Assembly: GCA_045597865.1 (NCBI GenBank)
Contig: JAZLKX010000052.1
Coordinates: 192,001 to 256,000, forward strand
Origin: Bacilli bacterium
GTDB lineage: Bacteria; Bacillota_I; Bacilli_A; RFN20; CAG-826
DNA length: 64,000 nucleotides
Reading direction: 5' to 3'
Both the position numbers and the translations under genes were made by a program. Positions within the stretch are counted from its first letter, which is position 1. Every line of letters starts with the position of its first letter. Below are positions 8,465 to 17,995 of the stretch, one piece after another. Below the pieces are notes generated by a model. That model worked only from the letters and a program-made list of their open reading frames with translations. It was not told the DNA's origin and searched no databases.

Positions 8465-9889
8465 ATGTCAGCCGGTTCTATTTTTTGTGAATACATTTAT
8501 GGCTCGTTTTTGTTAGTGTCAGCTGCACTTGAAGTTGGCATGTCATTGGCAAAGACGACTTTAGCAGTGTTGTCTACGATGTTTGATTCCTGCATTAGTT
8601 TATTTAGGTTTACGATTGATGTAGGCGTAAAAATGATTATGGACGGTGTGAAGGTTTTACAGAAACAGCTAGTTGACTTAATATGGGATGGTTATCAGGA
8701 TGAAGAAGAACTAGACCCTGAAACTGGTGAAATGGTTAAAACTGGTAAAAAGAAATCAAAGTTCTGTAATAACTTATATAAATGTAACATTTTTATTGAA
8801 GAATTGACTGATAGTAATTCACTTATTTGTAAGACTTTAATTTCGTTAGGTGTAATTACAGCTGAACAGCAACAGTATGTAAATGAAATCATTTCTGAAT
8901 ACGATGAGTTTATGAATACAATATGTACTTATGGTTTTACATTCAACTTTGGCATTTCAGCGTTAAAGAAACTGCTTAACTGGTATAAAAAACAGTTGCA
9001 TAAATTTCTTGATATGATTGAACGCAAGAAAGAAGACATTCGCCGTTTTATTCAAAAGTACATGAATAAGCTACAGGATTCTGGTATATTTGATATGCTA
9101 GCAAAATTAAGAAAGTTCTTTAACTGTATTCTCGACCAAACCGATTCTTGTACCTCTCTGAAAACCACTGAAAACTTCTATACGAATGCCTTAAAGAAAA
9201 TGAAAATTGAGGAATCAGGAACAGGCGGATATAAACTTGAAGCTAGTACAAACAATTCAATGATGAATGCATTTGACGCACGCATAAACCAAATCAATAA
9301 TGCGAAGGATGAAATTCAGAAAGGGATGGACGCTTTGGCAAGTCCGTCAGCAATTCGCGCAGCATCAAAAGCATTTAACTTGTCAAAACATGTTTTCCCA
9401 GGCGGTATGAATTGGCCTGATATTCAGAAAGGTCGCTGGCAAAAGAACTCAATGGTAAAATACTTCACAGCTAAGAAAGACAAGTTCATGGAAATATTCA
9501 TGGGAAGACATAAAGAAAAACTTCCAGGCGATACATCAACTGAGTTCTTACTTGGCGGCATGAAAATCAATGATAAGACTGGTAAAATTGTCATTGATGT
9601 AAATGGTGTTCGTGAGGAAATTGATATGAATGATCCGGCTACTGCAAACGCATACGCTAGTGCTGTTCAGTATCATGTTTTGGCTAATCCTATTGAGTAT
9701 TTCGTTGAAGGCGATGAGAACGCTGATGCACCTGATGCGTTCTGTTATAATGGTGAAATTATTTCCGCGCTTCGTGCATCATTAATGATTGCGGTTGAAC
9801 ATGATACAGAAATGGAAAAATTCTGTGATGAACGCGTTGCTGGTGTTGCTGGTAGATTACGTGAAGATCAGTTAATGGTTGAATGGTGA
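8465..9889 (+). CDS. Hypothetical helical protein (late region)
   Basis: 474-aa ORF abutting both neighbours. Confidence 0.7.
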   Translation: MSAGSIFCEYIYGSFLLVSAALEVGMSLAKTTLAVLSTMFDSCISLFRFTIDVGVKMIMDGVKVLQKQLVDLIWDGYQDEEELDPETGEMVKTGKKKSKFCNNLYKCNIFIEELTDSNSLICKTLISLGVITAEQQQYVNEIISEYDEFMNTICTYGFTFNFGISALKKLLNWYKKQLHKFLDMIERKKEDIRRFIQKYMNKLQDSGIFDMLAKLRKFFNCILDQTDSCTSLKTTENFYTNALKKMKIEESGTGGYKLEASTNNSMMNAFDARINQINNAKDEIQKGMDALASPSAIRAASKAFNLSKHVFPGGMNWPDIQKGRWQKNSMVKYFTAKKDKFMEIFMGRHKEKLPGDTSTEFLLGGMKINDKTGKIVIDVNGVREEIDMNDPATANAYASAVQYHVLANPIEYFVEGDENADAPDAFCYNGEIISALRASLMIAVEHDTEMEKFCDERVAGVAGRLREDQLMVEW

Positions 9890-9893
9890 TTTT

Positions 9894-10274
9894 ATGAGTA
9901 AAGCAGAAAAACAAAGAGACATACTTTTTGAAGCATGCAAAAAGATAGCAACAAATAAGAGAACACCTGATTGGATCTCAGGTGCGCTTACACAAGCCGT
10001 TATGGCAGCAAAAGCGGTGCAAGACGATATATGGGACGAAGGTCTCAATTCAATTATTGAGCCAAAAGTTCAGTTACCTCCTACTGTTGGTAAACTTGCA
10101 CATATTGACATGCTTGATAATTTGCCATATAAGATAAAGCTTTTAAGTGAAAGCGAAGAAGTTGAAGGTGTAAAACTATGGCATGTACAAATTGTTGAAG
10201 GCACTGGCCCACATAAAGTTGGCTCAATAGTTTATAATGTTCCTGAAACATGGATTCATGATGTGGAGGCATAA
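9894..10274 (+). CDS. Hypothetical protein
   Basis: ORF in operon context; probable ATG at 9894. Confidence 0.6.
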   Translation: MSKAEKQRDILFEACKKIATNKRTPDWISGALTQAVMAAKAVQDDIWDEGLNSIIEPKVQLPPTVGKLAHIDMLDNLPYKIKLLSESEEVEGVKLWHVQIVEGTGPHKVGSIVYNVPETWIHDVEA

Positions 10275-10684
10275 TGTTACCATTATCAGCAAATAACGAT
10301 TTTAAGAACCAAGGCGAATATAAAGCAGAAAATCCTTTTCGCGATTGGAATGGAGAATCTTTAAAGCATAAAGCCGAAGTATATGGAACCGACGCCATTG
10401 ACCAAGCCATTGAAGCAGTTATTGTTACTGAACCCCACGAACGTTTATTCAACCCTGAGTTTTGTTCGCCGTTTTATAGGTTGCTATTCCAAAATGAAAG
10501 TTCGGCTGAAGAAATCATTGAGGAAGTTTTTAGACGCGTTGAGGTTTGGTGCGGCGTTGAAATTGACCGTGAGAACGCTTTGGTAGAAGTTGACTCAGCT
10601 AATCATTCTGTTGAATTAACGATACCTTACTATTATAACAACCGTTTAAGTAAACACATTTTTAGTAGAGCTATTTCAGCATAA
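10274..10684 (+). CDS. Baseplate wedge protein, gp25-like
   Basis: DAIDQAIEAVIVTEPHERLFNPEFCS..LLF motif. Confidence 0.8.
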   Translation: MLPLSANNDFKNQGEYKAENPFRDWNGESLKHKAEVYGTDAIDQAIEAVIVTEPHERLFNPEFCSPFYRLLFQNESSAEEIIEEVFRRVEVWCGVEIDRENALVEVDSANHSVELTIPYYYNNRLSKHIFSRAISA

Positions 10685-10710
10685 TAAATAATTCAAAAGG
10701 TTGATACATT

Positions 10711-11154
10711 ATGCAGCAGTTTATGTCATTTAGTGATTATGTTCAGGCACAGATGAACCAAGCGTATAACCGCGAGGACATTCGTGAAACGCCTACAGTA
10801 AATCCAGAGACTGATAAACCGTCTGGTGTTATGGCAAAGCTGAACCCTAAGACATGGAACGCAAAAATCATTGGTGATGAAAAGTATCTATTCTTTAATA
10901 ACCATCAGTTAAATGTATCAAAACTTAAAAACGAAATACAGCAACTATACAAAGCCAAAGGTTATGAACACTATGGCTTTAGTAAGCTTGGCGAGAGTGA
11001 GCTTGTGAGATACAAGACACTTAGAGATATCCTAATGTCAGAATTCCTTCGTTACGATACGAACGATGAGCTCGACCCTGCGGAAATAGCACAAATCATT
11101 TTTGACCACGAGGCTAAGGACTTTACTTGGCAGCCTGAGCCTTTAACGTTATAG
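10711..11154 (+). CDS. Hypothetical protein
   Basis: ORF after AATAAATA; N-terminus MSFSDYV resembles capsid-targeting leaders. Confidence 0.65.
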   Translation: MQQFMSFSDYVQAQMNQAYNREDIRETPTVNPETDKPSGVMAKLNPKTWNAKIIGDEKYLFFNNHQLNVSKLKNEIQQLYKAKGYEHYGFSKLGESELVRYKTLRDILMSEFLRYDTNDELDPAEIAQIIFDHEAKDFTWQPEPLTL

Positions 11155-11166
11155 GAATTTTTTCTC

Positions 11167-11583
11167 ATGACAAGCACAACAAATAAGTTACTTGAAGTCA
11201 GACTAAAAGTTGATGCGTGGATAATTGAAGAAACGCTTACACGCATGGGCATACCTGACATCAAGAATAAAGTTTTATACCAGTCCTGCCATTTGTTAAA
11301 ACAATTTGGTACATATTACATTGCACATTTTAAGCAGCTTTTTGTTCTTAGCCGTGGCAAAGATGGTTATCCAGGTTTCGGCAATGTTTCTCTTGAAGAC
11401 ATTGAGCGTCGTAATTCTATTGCATTCTGTTTGTTGAAATGGAACATGATTGAGATCGTTGAACCAGAAGAAATAGAAGAACATTCAACACGCATCTTTG
11501 TTTTGCCACATGCTGAAAAACATAACTGGCAGCTAATCAAGAAGTTTAATGTCAAAAATTTAGATAGTGAGTATATTCAATGA
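11167..11583 (+). CDS. regA: Translational repressor RegA
   Basis: ETLTRMGI...KVLYQSCHLLK..G.YYIAHFKQLF...EDIERRNSIA..L..W matches T4 RegA. Confidence 0.93.
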   Translation: MTSTTNKLLEVRLKVDAWIIEETLTRMGIPDIKNKVLYQSCHLLKQFGTYYIAHFKQLFVLSRGKDGYPGFGNVSLEDIERRNSIAFCLLKWNMIEIVEPEEIEEHSTRIFVLPHAEKHNWQLIKKFNVKNLDSEYIQ

Positions 11584-12659
11584 TTAAGAAAAGAATGCTT
11601 AATGAAGCTGAATTTAGCGATGGTTTTAAACTCTCCGATGATGAGAAAACAATCATTGGATTTAATGATCAGACCGCTGCTGATGAATTTGGCAACAAGT
11701 TCAAAAAAGATGAGAACGGCAAATGGAAGTTTGAAGGTAAAAAACACAGCTATGCAGTTTCCGATGATATGCAAGATAAAATTGCACAACTTGTTAATAA
11801 ATGGAAAAAGAATAATAAAAGCAGCAGTAATAACAATGAATACAATACCCCAAGTATATGGGAAAACATTGGTAAGTCACTATGCTTCTTAGTTATTCAT
11901 AACTTAACTGATGGTAAGATGAAAGGGTTTGAAGCTAGCGGTGGCGATAAAAACATCAGCGGTGAAAAATTTGCTGAGAGCGTTAAACCTGAGGATATGC
12001 TTGACCGCTTCAAAAACGCATTTAAAAACATTGATGAAATTGACGATAATTTCCTTAAGAAGAATAACATCTTCCAAATTATGGATAACTTCGCGGCGCG
12101 TGCAGCATATCAGGAAGCAAAAAATGAAGGCAAACTAAATCAGGACCAACTTGACAAATACGGCACTGAAGAAGATGGCAAATTTAAATACAACATTGAT
12201 TTTATTAAGTCAAACACAGCAACCAAATCTTATTACACAAAAATCTTTAATGAATTTCAGGACGCATTAGATGAAGGTGTAAAGGCTGGTAAAGCTGAAG
12301 TTGATAAGTTAAAATCTGGTGAAGGCGGTAAAGTAAAGGACCCGCTAACTGGTCAAACTGTTAGTGTTGATAAAGACAGTTTTAAAAAACAACTTGCAAA
12401 AGGCGCATTAAATAAAGCAGGCGAAATTGCTGGAGATTTACTTGGCATTAATGATGGCAAAGATATTTTCAGCATGGCCATTAGAGGCGTTATCGGAATG
12501 ATTAAAGATAACGGCGGCATTCGCAAAGTTTTAAAAATGGGTAAACAAATTGCTTGGAAAAAGAATGTAAAACTAAAAAACAAAGATGTTAAAAAACATG
12601 TTGATGAACTAAACAAAGACATTGAAAAACGAGCTAAGAATAAGGAAATTCCAGAGTAA
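11580..12659 (+). CDS. Hypothetical Lys-rich protein, possibly head-internal
   Basis: 359-aa ORF with an early L-N-E site (MLNEAE). Confidence 0.7.
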   Translation: MIKKRMLNEAEFSDGFKLSDDEKTIIGFNDQTAADEFGNKFKKDENGKWKFEGKKHSYAVSDDMQDKIAQLVNKWKKNNKSSSNNNEYNTPSIWENIGKSLCFLVIHNLTDGKMKGFEASGGDKNISGEKFAESVKPEDMLDRFKNAFKNIDEIDDNFLKKNNIFQIMDNFAARAAYQEAKNEGKLNQDQLDKYGTEEDGKFKYNIDFIKSNTATKSYYTKIFNEFQDALDEGVKAGKAEVDKLKSGEGGKVKDPLTGQTVSVDKDSFKKQLAKGALNKAGEIAGDLLGINDGKDIFSMAIRGVIGMIKDNGGIRKVLKMGKQIAWKKNVKLKNKDVKKHVDELNKDIEKRAKNKEIPE

Positions 12660-12670
12660 GAGGTTAACAC

Positions 12671-14236
12671 ATGGCTGATAAAAAACAAGATCAGTTTGCT
12701 GAAATCAATAAAAAGGTTAAAGACCAGGTTGCAGAATGTTTTAATCTAATCTGGGGTAAGCATATTGCTAATTTTGGCCTAGCAGATGCGCCAATTGGCG
12801 ATAGAGCTTCAACTGAAGGTGAAGAAATTTTTCTTACTAATGAGGATGATGAACAAAAAACTGTTTTTATGCTTTGTCCATCAAATATAGATAAAGGAAC
12901 ATCTTTTGTAAATCACAATAAGAAACTTTTATCAGAAGCTATTGGCATATATTTGGATTTTTACAACAAGTCATTAAAACGGTCAAAAACTTGGAGATCA
13001 CAAAAGGCATTTGAAGGTGCTAAGGGCGATTATCTACTTAAAGGCGAATCATTAAAGCTAAAAGACAAAGTTGAATTTGAAAACCCTGAGGACGAAAAAA
13101 CTGCATTGGCTAAAGCTAGCGAAATTGAAAAACTTTTTGGCATAATCAATAATTACCAACTTAATAGAATCGCTGAATGTTCAAATGAAAAAGCCGCAGC
13201 TGAATTAACAAAATTCAAACAAGAACTTGATGGCATTAAAATTGAAAATTTTGAAAACCCTATTCCTGTTAAAATAGTTGGCGAAGAAAATAAAGACGAT
13301 GAACAGGAAATACCGCAGGAAGTTGAAAAAGATGCTGGCAATGCACTAAAGAGTACAATGGCTATGCCTCAGCATGTTGCTGATGAAGACTATGATAAGA
13401 AACTTGAGGCAACAAAGAAACAAATTGAAGAAGGCCGTAAAGCATTAGAAGACTGGATGAAAAATGACGAAGAAGCTGCTAACATTATCATGAAGGCAAT
13501 TAAGCCTATTGAAAAATACAAGCAGCAAATGCTTCCACAGGTTTGGCTATTTGCTCATGTGAATAAACTAAAGGCTATGTTTGAATCATTGTTGGAATAC
13601 AATGAAATGTATAACTTGTTGCTTGAAGCTGGTGAAGAAACCAGTGAAGACGGTACAGGCGATTCATCAGAACAACCTAGTGGTGCTGAACCTGGTGGTA
13701 ATGATGCTGCTGAAAACGATGCTGCTGCCAAGGGCAATGATGACCAAGCAAATAAAGAAAAAGAAGAATGGAAGAAAAAAGCGGGTGAACTGCTTAAAGG
13801 CATTGACGAATTATTAAAGAAAGAAAAACCGTCAGAATTTGCTTCTGCTTATGAATCTTGGGGTAAGGCAGTTACTGACTTATTCAATAACATGGCCGCA
13901 AACGATAAGTTGAAAGAAAAATTGGCTGAAATCAAGGATGAAGACCCATACGTCAAACTTTGTACTGTAGGTCATATTGTTACTGCTAAAGAAAAGGAAG
14001 GTGAAGGCGATATGGATCCTAAGGAAGCTGAAGCAAAAATCAAAGACGCATTGAAAGGTAAGAACCCTGATGATTTGACTGATGATGAAAAAGGTGCTAT
14101 GCTTACTGGACTGCAAGGACAAGGCGTTCCAGAAGATATCATTAAAAAGACACTAAATATGGCTGAAGCTTTCACAAATAAAAACTTCTTAACATCACTA
14201 CGTAGTTTCCTAAAAGAATCAGTTAAGTTAGTATAA
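12671..14236 (+). CDS. Hypothetical charged helical protein, possibly head-internal
   Basis: 521-aa ORF with LLE and FLKE gp21-type sites; GAGG SD. Confidence 0.7.
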   Translation: MADKKQDQFAEINKKVKDQVAECFNLIWGKHIANFGLADAPIGDRASTEGEEIFLTNEDDEQKTVFMLCPSNIDKGTSFVNHNKKLLSEAIGIYLDFYNKSLKRSKTWRSQKAFEGAKGDYLLKGESLKLKDKVEFENPEDEKTALAKASEIEKLFGIINNYQLNRIAECSNEKAAAELTKFKQELDGIKIENFENPIPVKIVGEENKDDEQEIPQEVEKDAGNALKSTMAMPQHVADEDYDKKLEATKKQIEEGRKALEDWMKNDEEAANIIMKAIKPIEKYKQQMLPQVWLFAHVNKLKAMFESLLEYNEMYNLLLEAGEETSEDGTGDSSEQPSGAEPGGNDAAENDAAAKGNDDQANKEKEEWKKKAGELLKGIDELLKKEKPSEFASAYESWGKAVTDLFNNMAANDKLKEKLAEIKDEDPYVKLCTVGHIVTAKEKEGEGDMDPKEAEAKIKDALKGKNPDDLTDDEKGAMLTGLQGQGVPEDIIKKTLNMAEAFTNKNFLTSLRSFLKESVKLV

Positions 14237-14270
14237 ATAAGTATAGCGTGGAAATAAAACTCCACGCTAT
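14232..14270 (+). promoter_or_regulatory. Late promoter followed by a 10-bp hairpin
   Basis: TATAAATA 14232-14239; ATAGCGTGGA-aataaaac-TCCACGCTAT 14243-14270. Confidence 0.7.
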
Positions 14271-14291
14271 CTTTATGATGAAAGGTGGTTT

Positions 14292-14600
14292 ATGACTGAC
14301 AGTGAAATTGATGAATGTTTGTCTGAAATAAAGGCTATCCTAGAAGATGTTTCAATTTTAAAAAGAAACAACATTTCATATGAACAGGTATGCAGCGTTC
14401 CGCAATTCTCAAATATGATATTGTTGTTTAATTACTGGGGTTTATATGAATCTGACCCCGAACTAATTAAGTTAGCTATGTATTATGCAACTAATGACAA
14501 CTGGGATTACATTAACGAGAAAATTTCAGATATATGGCTTAAAAAAGCTAACCTTGAAATTGAGCAAATTATTAAGGAAATTGAAAATTCTTCGGACTGA
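14292..14600 (+). CDS. Hypothetical protein
   Basis: 102-aa ORF with AAGGTGG SD. Confidence 0.6.
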   Translation: MTDSEIDECLSEIKAILEDVSILKRNNISYEQVCSVPQFSNMILLFNYWGLYESDPELIKLAMYYATNDNWDYINEKISDIWLKKANLEIEQIIKEIENSSD

Positions 14601-14607
14601 TGACCTT

Positions 14608-14615
14608 TATAAATA
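14608..14615 (+). promoter_or_regulatory. Late promoter TATAAATA inside an RBS-covering hairpin
   Basis: ACCTTTAT 14603-14610 pairs with ATAGAGGT 14620-14627. Confidence 0.7.
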
Positions 14616-14636
14616 CAATATAGAGGTAAAGACGGT

Positions 14637-15686
14637 ATGATTTACGAAAACAACCCAAGTAGACCAGGATACGTTCCTTTTCCGGAACCGCATCATGTTC
14701 GCCAGCCATATCCGTACCCAGTTCCGCCTCGTCACATGAGTGACCTAGAACCGGCTTTTGTTGTACGCCCTGGCGAAGAATGCTGCCCAGGCCCGCAGCC
14801 TGAATGTGAATGTGTAACATCAGGCGATGTTATGCGTTGGAACCATGCCGCCGATATTACTGAAAGTTTGACTGAAGAACAGCTCTCTGGGCTATCTTCA
14901 ATTCCTGATGTTTCTGAACTCGTTGCATCTGCTTCAGCCTGGAATAGCAATTACGATACTGTTTCTGCTAATTCAGCTGATTGGGAAGAAATTCGTAAGC
15001 TATCAAGTTTCTCAGCCGATACGCTAAATAAGTTTGATGAAATTGATAGTGCATTTACTGCTGTAAATGAAAACATCAATGCCGTTGAACAGAAGATTCC
15101 TGACTATCATTTTGATACGTCCGGATATTATCCGTCAATGTCAGGCGATGGCACTGTCGGCGCGCCATTCGGCGTAAATGGATGGCAATCATACGCTAAT
15201 GTAAGAACTGAACTAAATACAATTTACAGTCACATTATAGAAATACCGCCGTCTGATTGTTTACCGCTTAGCTGGATTTTTGACGGCACAAAAGCTTATG
15301 TTGACAACATCAACGTTAGATTCTCAGCCGTTGATGAACATGATAATAAACAGGATATGGAAATTGCACATTTGTGGCATGAATTGTCAAGTGCTCAATT
15401 ATATTCACAATCCGCGTTAAATGAAGTTAAAACTTACCTACCAGGGCACGGCATTACAATTCTGCCGTATGCACAGGGTGAAACTAATGAATATGTTGTT
15501 TCTATCAATACGCATGATCTTGATTATGTTATTCATGACCAAGTTAAAGAAATCGCAAAAGAAACAACTAACAGTATACTTAATGGTAAACGTTATGTAG
15601 AGTTTGTAAATATGGGAACATATCCAAAAACCACCGGTGATCTTGTTAATGCTACTGCTCATAAAACAATTTATGTAGCGGTATAG
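14637..15686 (+). CDS. Putative fibrous virion protein with a Pro-rich N-terminus
   Basis: Late promoter; Pro-rich start, coiled-coil segments, YLPGHGITI-type fibre motif. Confidence 0.5.
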   Translation: MIYENNPSRPGYVPFPEPHHVRQPYPYPVPPRHMSDLEPAFVVRPGEECCPGPQPECECVTSGDVMRWNHAADITESLTEEQLSGLSSIPDVSELVASASAWNSNYDTVSANSADWEEIRKLSSFSADTLNKFDEIDSAFTAVNENINAVEQKIPDYHFDTSGYYPSMSGDGTVGAPFGVNGWQSYANVRTELNTIYSHIIEIPPSDCLPLSWIFDGTKAYVDNINVRFSAVDEHDNKQDMEIAHLWHELSSAQLYSQSALNEVKTYLPGHGITILPYAQGETNEYVVSINTHDLDYVIHDQVKEIAKETTNSILNGKRYVEFVNMGTYPKTTGDLVNATAHKTIYVAV

Positions 15687-15694
15687 GAAATATC

Positions 15695-16105
15695 ATGGAA
15701 CAAGTTCTAACAATCCTTTTGTCTAGCGGAAACGTCGTTGGCATTGTCGCCTTCGTTGTTTGCTATCTTATCATTTACTTTCAGCGCAAGAACACTGGAG
15801 AAAAGCGAAATAAAGTTGAAGAAGAATTACGTCTTCAAATTAAATTAGCAAAAGAAAAAGCAGAAGCCGCTGAACTAGCAGCCCAACAGAAAATTGAAGA
15901 CGCTGTTGAGGATATGCAAGCTGAAATAAATACATTAAAGACAGAGAGGCTTCTGATGGCAAAAGACATTGAAGTTCTTAAGAACGATGTTGGTGGCGTT
16001 AAAGAAGATGTTAAGGAAATCAAGTTAACATTGAGCAATATCGCCGTTTCAATAGCCGAACTTGCTGCAGCTGCTAAAGTTAGAAACGAAGAAAAACAAG
16101 GGTAA
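15695..16105 (+). CDS. Putative holin (single N-terminal TM helix plus coiled coil)
   Basis: VVGIVAFVVCYLIIYF hydrophobic helix followed by QRK and a long coiled coil. Confidence 0.5.
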   Translation: MEQVLTILLSSGNVVGIVAFVVCYLIIYFQRKNTGEKRNKVEEELRLQIKLAKEKAEAAELAAQQKIEDAVEDMQAEINTLKTERLLMAKDIEVLKNDVGGVKEDVKEIKLTLSNIAVSIAELAAAAKVRNEEKQG

Positions 16106-16107
16106 GT

Positions 16108-16521
16108 ATGGACAAAACTTTTACTCAATTTTTAGCTGAAAGTAAGGTGTTTACATCAAAGGAAGATAACCCTTTGATTTACACACTAATCATACCAAAG
16201 CTAGTTCAGTATGATGGTTGTAAAGACACCGTAAAGGATGATAAGGCGCTTTTTGAACTCGTCAATAAAGTTGAAAAACTGATGAGTAAACTAGACGTTA
16301 AACAGCTTAAAAAGTTATATAATCCTGTAGTAATGTTTAATGTGTTTGAACAGGAAAGCACGAAGAAAGCAACAAAAGAATTTGTGCTTCAATACTTTAC
16401 TGAGTTTGAACAGCAAATTGCTGGCGAAGAAGTTACTTTTGAAGGTGCATATAAAATACATTCCACATTTAAGCAGTTAAAGGATAGCGAAGAATTTAAA
16501 GCATATCTGCAGTCCTTATAA
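16108..16521 (+). CDS. Hypothetical protein with a T4-style capsid-targeting leader
   Basis: MDKTFTQFLAE resembles the T4 internal-protein leader (MKT-x-x-x-F-I/L-x-E). Confidence 0.65.
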   Translation: MDKTFTQFLAESKVFTSKEDNPLIYTLIIPKLVQYDGCKDTVKDDKALFELVNKVEKLMSKLDVKQLKKLYNPVVMFNVFEQESTKKATKEFVLQYFTEFEQQIAGEEVTFEGAYKIHSTFKQLKDSEEFKAYLQSL

Positions 16522-16553
16522 ATAAAATATAAAAGGTTTTAGGAGATCTAAAA

Positions 16554-17315
16554 ATGGCAAAGAAACAACAGAAGGCTACTCGCCGTAAGACAAATTTGTA
16601 TGAAGGATTCCTTGATGGTGCTGATGATGAAGTAAAGACACCAGAGGAAGCTCCTGTTGAAACATCTGAAGAAGGTGCAGAAGGCGCTGAAGAAAGCGAC
16701 ATCGCTGAAGAACCTATAAGCGATGATGAACTCGACGGCAATGGCGACGGCGAAGCTGATGACGCTGCATCTGATGAAGAAGCCGGCGTTGAACCTGAAG
16801 GTTCTGAAGCTGAAGACAATTTACAAGATACATTGCAGACACTTATCACTGCAGTTCAGGGTTTGACTGACCAAATCGCAAAACAGAATGGTGAAGGTGG
16901 TGATGAATCTACAGGCGATGATGATTCCGCTAGCGAAGAAACCGCTGATGAAGAAACTGCTGAACCTGAAGAAGACGATTCTGATTTTGAAGGTGATGAA
17001 GAATCATCTGAAGAAAGCTCTGATGAAGAATCATCTGAAGAATCAGGCGATGAAGAAAGTTCTGATGAAGAAAGTTCCGACGACGAAAGCACAAACGAAA
17101 TGTTGAAACCTTTCTATAAGCGCGGCAAAATGCTTCATGAAGATTCTTCTTCCTTACTAGGTAAGCTTGCTCATTATCGCTTTGACAAGCTTGAGCCGAT
17201 TTTCATGGCTATCGTTGAGTCAAAGATTCGCCGTCGCATTGAAGGCGCTAAGACTCAATTCCGTCAGGAAGCTATTGCTGCTCGCTTGAACGGCATCTCT
17301 TCCGACGAAGAATAA
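16554..17315 (+). CDS. Very acidic low-complexity protein (prohead core-like)
   Basis: TATAAATA 16517-16524, AGGAG SD, EESSDEESS repeats. Confidence 0.7.
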   Translation: MAKKQQKATRRKTNLYEGFLDGADDEVKTPEEAPVETSEEGAEGAEESDIAEEPISDDELDGNGDGEADDAASDEEAGVEPEGSEAEDNLQDTLQTLITAVQGLTDQIAKQNGEGGDESTGDDDSASEETADEETAEPEEDDSDFEGDEESSEESSDEESSEESGDEESSDEESSDDESTNEMLKPFYKRGKMLHEDSSSLLGKLAHYRFDKLEPIFMAIVESKIRRRIEGAKTQFRQEAIAARLNGISSDEE

Positions 17316-17340
17316 TCGTTAAACATTTCTAAAACCTATT

Positions 17341-17372
17341 AAACGGTGGTCGGTTTCCGGCTGCCGTTTTTT
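17341..17372 (+). terminator. Rho-independent terminator
   Basis: AAACGGTGGTCGG / CCGGCTGCCGTTT (G-U pairs) followed by a T run. Confidence 0.75.
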
Positions 17373-17388
17373 CATATATAAATACTAT

Positions 17389-17994
17389 ATGAAACAGTTT
17401 GATAAATTATGTGATACATTCAATATAGATGGCGTAAGCGAAAGCGTCATTAATGCTGCAATAGCACCTCCGGCACCAGTTGTAGTTCCTGATGAAGACG
17501 AGGACGAAACTGATGAATCTGCTGAGACACCTGAACCACAGCCGCAGCTGACATATAAAGGTCAAAAATATACACTTGACTCATTCCGCTATATGAAGTC
17601 TTTGCTACAACAAAAGATTCAAACGGATAGTGATGTTTTGGCTACAATGCAACAGATGTGTAAGGTTGGTGCTAACGCTCGTCTATTTGAAGTATATGCA
17701 ACTTTATCAAATACTGTTGCTGCGCAGATTAAACAGCTGCAAGATATGGAAAAGGTGATGACTGATTATCAGGTCACTGAAGAACGCGAAAAAATGCAGC
17801 GCGAAAATATGGCTCAAAAGGAACGCCTTTTACAGATTAAAGCTGAAGCTGGTTCTGGTGGCAATACTTATAACATTCAGAATAACACAAACCTTTGCTT
17901 AACCTCAACAGAACTAGAAGCAATGCTTGAAAAGGCAGACACAGATCGGCAAATAAATACTGCACAGATTTCAACGGATTTTGATTTGGAATAA
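17389..17994 (+). CDS. terS: Small terminase subunit, T4 gp16-like
   Basis: ARLFEVYATLSNTVAAQIKQL ... NNTNLCLTSTELEAML matches the gp16 pattern (PRxxEV...NN....STxEL); TATAAATA 17377-17384. Confidence 0.75.
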   Translation: MKQFDKLCDTFNIDGVSESVINAAIAPPAPVVVPDEDEDETDESAETPEPQPQLTYKGQKYTLDSFRYMKSLLQQKIQTDSDVLATMQQMCKVGANARLFEVYATLSNTVAAQIKQLQDMEKVMTDYQVTEEREKMQRENMAQKERLLQIKAEAGSGGNTYNIQNNTNLCLTSTELEAMLEKADTDRQINTAQISTDFDLE

Positions 17995-17995
17995 G

